A stretch of 64,000 nucleotides of DNA from NCBI GenBank assembly GCA_040954595.2, contig CM082585.2, forward strand, positions 10,829,995-10,893,994, read 5' to 3'. Every line of letters starts with the position of its first letter. Position 1 is the first letter of the stretch. This stretch comes from Balanoglossus misakiensis. Taxonomy: Eukaryota; Animalia; Hemichordata. The position numbers and the translations under genes were made by a program. Positions 59,791 to 64,000 of the stretch are shown here, piece by piece. The notes under the pieces were generated by a model. The model made no database searches and was not told where the DNA came from. It was given only the letters and a program-made list of their open reading frames with translations.

Positions 59791-61400
59791 ATTCCCTGAC
59801 AAACAAACACCATCACAACTACAAAAGAAAGATCAGATGTTTCTGAAAAGTGCCCCAGGTCAAGTGTGGTTGGGGTATGGGCGAGAGAAAATAAAAACAA
59901 CCACCAGAATTCCATCCTTATCATAATCTGAATAAATATATTTTAATTATCAAGCATGAGCTCAGCCGTGCAAACTCCTTTACAGCAGACAGTTACTAAC
60001 TCTAGAAAATCATGGCATAGTCTTGTACTTTTTCTACCCTGGTATATAATGAGAAAGTCCACTCTCCAGATAGGTTGGATGAATATTACTTTAACTTTGC
60101 AACAAAAGAACAGAACATGACTGGAACTACTTTGTTACGATAAGATCTTGAAAATACACATTTCTGCTCCAAGTTGAGTATTTTGTAAAATGCAATTCTA
60201 ATATTTTCTTTTACAAAAAAACAAGCAAATTCCAAAAATGTCAAAGCATTTTCACAGAAATCAGTTGGTTTACATATTTCTAGATTTATATATTTCTAGA
60301 TCATAAAATCACAAAGTAGTTCCAATTGTGTTGAAGCAAGATAAGTACTGTACAAATACATCATTTAAAATACATAATCAAAAACAGAAATATATTAACA
60401 AATAAATTTAACATACATTCAAAAGCAATGAAATATACATTTTTTATCCTAAGGTATCAGATATTGCGGTGGATATCAAAACTTCTAATATCATATCAAC
60501 TTTGTTTTAAAATCTATCATCAACAGAACAATAAGAGACATAAGATTCCCTGTGTAACAATATGGTTTATAATAACATTAAATAATTGAAGGCACTTATG
60601 TCTGACACTTATAACTTCAAATCAACATATTATGTAAATACTTATTCCTTCCTTATCACCACCAGTATAAGCTGCATATTCCTGGAAAAAGCACTGTTAA
60701 TTATTTCGACCAAAAAGGGCGAAATCGAGTGCTGTAGATGAGAACAATTCCACAGCAGAATTTATCAAATGAAATATTCATTTAAAAAAATTGTATAATT
60801 TTATACTGTAAGATTAACTTTGCACTTTAATGGTTGGAAGTATTTTAAATAGTCAAATTGTTAGGATAATGCCAAGAGATTATATTTCATTTTGTTTGAA
60901 AAGAATCCAGTATCAGGTACTGTGTCTCTTTCAAGGTCTTAATCTGTGCTGTTTTAGTCGACTGTAAAAATATGAATAGCAGAAGTTATCTGGTCACAAG
61001 AGGAAACTGTGAGTGGTATATTTCATATTCTATAGCATTGTGTTAGATATAACTCTTACAGTACTGTAAAAAGTTTTCAAGAGTGACACAGTTGCTCTTC
61101 TTGACCCCCTCTCTCTCTCTCTCTCTCACTGTGGAAAGGATTTTTAGATTGATGCAGTCAACCCTAACTTAGACTTTGAAAACTTCCTTGTAATATGTTA
61201 CAATGGCCTGTAAGCAGCACACAACCATTAGCAATACTAGTATCCGATTTTACATTTCCATCAGTGGCTTCACTTTCAGGAATTCTGTCCTAATGCTAAC
61301 GGCAGGAGGTGCTTGTCTAGAGGCTGATATCTTTCCTGGATACTTGTGTACCGCTACATTCTTGCACTGATTATTACAGAAGAAATGTTCATGTTTTGTG

Positions 61401-63878
61401 TTAAGTCTTATCAGCTGTTTCGTCCGAGTCTTCTTCTGATTTCACTTTCTGCATTCTGGTTTGTCTGAAATGTAGAACAAGGTTTCTGAATTGTTAAATG
61501 TTGACAGTTAAGCAGTCCAAGTAGAACATTGTTGACCTAAAATTTCATGCGCTGCTATGATCTACAATCCATGATCTGAGAATAAATCACACTTTACCAT
61601 TTTACTTACCTCACTCTTATTCTTTCACACTTTGGACATTTATCTGGTATAAAACAGTTTCTATGGTAACAACCCCAGCAAGCTGAAACAGAGTACATAG
61701 ATTGATTCCAGAGATGACATTTGTAGTTTTTGATGTTATTTCTCTCTGTTTGCTTTTTGAGATGTGTAAACACTGGCACTAATGATGCCCATAGGGAGTT
61801 CAAATTATGTTAACTTGGAAGAAACAGAATAGCAAACTCATTAGTTTTCATGAGAACAGGGATTGTGTACACTTAGTTCTAGATAGAATCCCCACTGTGG
61901 GCGTTGCTTGTTACTGAGACTGAACACCAGAATACTAATTATTCCCATTGTGCATCTTTCCTAGTTGAAACAACAGGATTTTGATCCGTTGCTAAGGATA
62001 CTAACTCCCACACGGATGGTGGTTTTACTGCCTGAAACCATAGCATTACCCCGATAATGACAAACAGGGGTATGAACAAATAAATAGGCTTCATTGCTAA
62101 CCTTTTTGACACAGTGAAACCTTGGAAATATATGATTGAGCTCAATACATTTGGAACGCTTGTGTTGTTTATTTCTACATTAATATTTTCAAAATTTCTA
62201 TCTGTAATCTATATCTGTGAAAGAAGATACACCGGATTCACTAACTGTGTGGTTGACATTTCCTTCAATAACCCTTTCAAAGCCACAGTCAACTTCTTGT
62301 CATTTGAATAGAATTTAAAAATGGTCATTAACCATTATTTGCATGTATCTATGACCTTTTTGCTACGTGAATAGTGGTACGGTACAGCTGGGTCTGAATC
62401 CCGTAAAAGAAGTCGACCTTCTTGGGGGTCGTGTGATTTTTGAAGCAGTCAGCAAAATCGTCCCATAGAGGACGCTGTTCAGAGATGATGTCATCTGTGC
62501 AGTAAATAAGCAAACTGAAGTGAAAATGTTGGCCATGGGTGGCCCACACTCACCTGGGCACTGGACGCATTTGTTGAGATCAAAGGGAAAAATAATTTCC
62601 CCAGTATTGCACAGTTCACAGATAAACCCTTTTGCTTGACACAGCTGAAACAAAATTATGCACAGAAAAAATACATATAACATACTGTTGCCTGAACTGG
62701 ACTGGATACATCTCTAAACACATTTCTCGGTTTTCATCATACAAGAAATCATCATCTTTATACTAAACATAAACAAATAAATTTCAGCCCATTCGGAGTC
62801 TAGTGTAGGTTTTATTGTAAGCTTTGACTTTTTTCCATTGGGATATTTTACTGCATATTACTTCATCACTCTAATTGTTCACATATTTCACAGCAATTTG
62901 GCATGTTGTGGATTTAACACAGAATAATCATCAGATCCTGGACATATGGTTTTTATCTCTCTCACACAAAACCCACAATATGCATAATTCAATTGCCAAA
63001 TCTCGCAATATGTATAAATCAATTGCCAATCTATACTTTTTTTGCACAGTAGTATTCTATGCATTTGCATGTTTATTTTTCCCTTTGTTTCCAGACAGTA
63101 TCCCATACCTGGCACTGTTTGACATGTATTACAGCATCTTCTACTAAGTCCTTCAGTTCAGCAGCCATCTCACCATTTCTGACCTTGATCAAATCATTCA
63201 GTGAATAAATGTTTGTGTCGTGAATCAGATGGTGTGGTCGCTTGTCAAATTCATTCCACATACTGTTGAAAGACAAAAAAATAATCACTCATTTTAGCAA
63301 ATAGCCATCAACTGGAATAAAACAGATTTATTCGAAGCCAATGTCATTCGCCTGTGTGGTTGCAAGCTTGTGTGTATAAAGTGAAACTAACCTTTGACCC
63401 TGCCTGCAGGTTCGTATGAAGTCTTTCAAATAGTATAGCTGAGTTCTAAGTTCCTGAAAGCAAAGGAGGAAACATGTTTTTAATTTTAATTATAGTAATA
63501 ACACATTAGCAAAAATGCCTTGGGTCACTAATATGTCCCATCAAAAGAGCGAAAGATTGAAATGCCAAAATTTAAAATGTCTAGTCCGAGGAGTGAAATG
63601 GCAAACTTCAAAGTGATAAATATGAAAATTCCAACTCACCCTTACTAAATCAAGCTGTTTTACTTTCTTGTACAGCATGAAATTTACATCGGTTACATTA
63701 AAGAAGGGATCATTTTGCATCTTTATGATCAAATCCCGCGAGAAGTTCGACACGGGACATTTGCGGAAGTCCCACTTCCAGAGGATTCTGGCAGGGATGA
63801 GGGACAGAGAGTTGGCATGGCAACAGTGACAGAAGAACTTGCCAAGATATTCGCAATAGCGCAGTCTTTTTAGGTATC
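61401..63878 (-). CDS. RUBCN: Rubicon-family protein (RUBCN/RUBCNL-like), C-terminal Rubicon-homology (zf-RING_9) domain; 5' part lies beyond the window
   Basis: Exons 63878-63640, 63453-63392, 63262-63109, 62644-62554, 61682-61610 and 61464-61401 join in frame: [15 protein letters not shown]...[11 protein letters not shown]...VSNFS...[18 protein letters not shown]...IFPF...CWGCYHRNC...CPKCERI. Orthology versus RUBCNL/PLEKHM1/DEF8 was judged from motif recall. Confidence 0.9.
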
Positions 63879-64000
63879 CTGGAAAGGAAATGGAAACACA
63901 TACTGGAAACACGGACAGACGCAACCGATCCCATAAGGTCCCAATGGTATATACATATACCAAATAGGTATATAAAACCATGCTTGGTAACTGAAATGGC

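Overview
Animal genomic DNA with GT-AG spliced genes; the composition and gene content suggest a marine invertebrate, which is inference. The first ~14.9 kb is an 87-bp satellite that runs off the left edge. An 8,666-bp array of 16 ~550-bp units is inserted into it in exact register, and the satellite ends in three inverted monomers. Each 550-bp unit carries a cluster of palindromes and a tRNA-like Pol III cassette (A box, B box, T-run). The unit-to-unit joints are TCGA-N5-CGGAATTT. The two main 5-mers, CTTTG and AAAGT, are the two strand-readings of the satellite insertion site, which suggests a satellite-targeted, recombinase-driven element with coupling sequences. The rest of the window holds five genes: (1) a minus-strand ~608-aa secreted protein with a granin-like acidic stalk and a probably inactive conodipine-type PLA2 domain, under a CRE/X-box-rich promoter, whose candidate poly(A) signal abuts the satellite; (2) a 3-exon coiled-coil gene; (3) an ANKRD34/63-like ankyrin gene; (4) an 8-exon aldo-keto reductase, head-to-head with the ankyrin gene; (5) the 3' end of a Rubicon-family gene, with a degenerate local duplication of one exon and its flanking intron. 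Several MITE-like elements and micro/minisatellites are also present. All coordinates were read by eye; no database searches were run.
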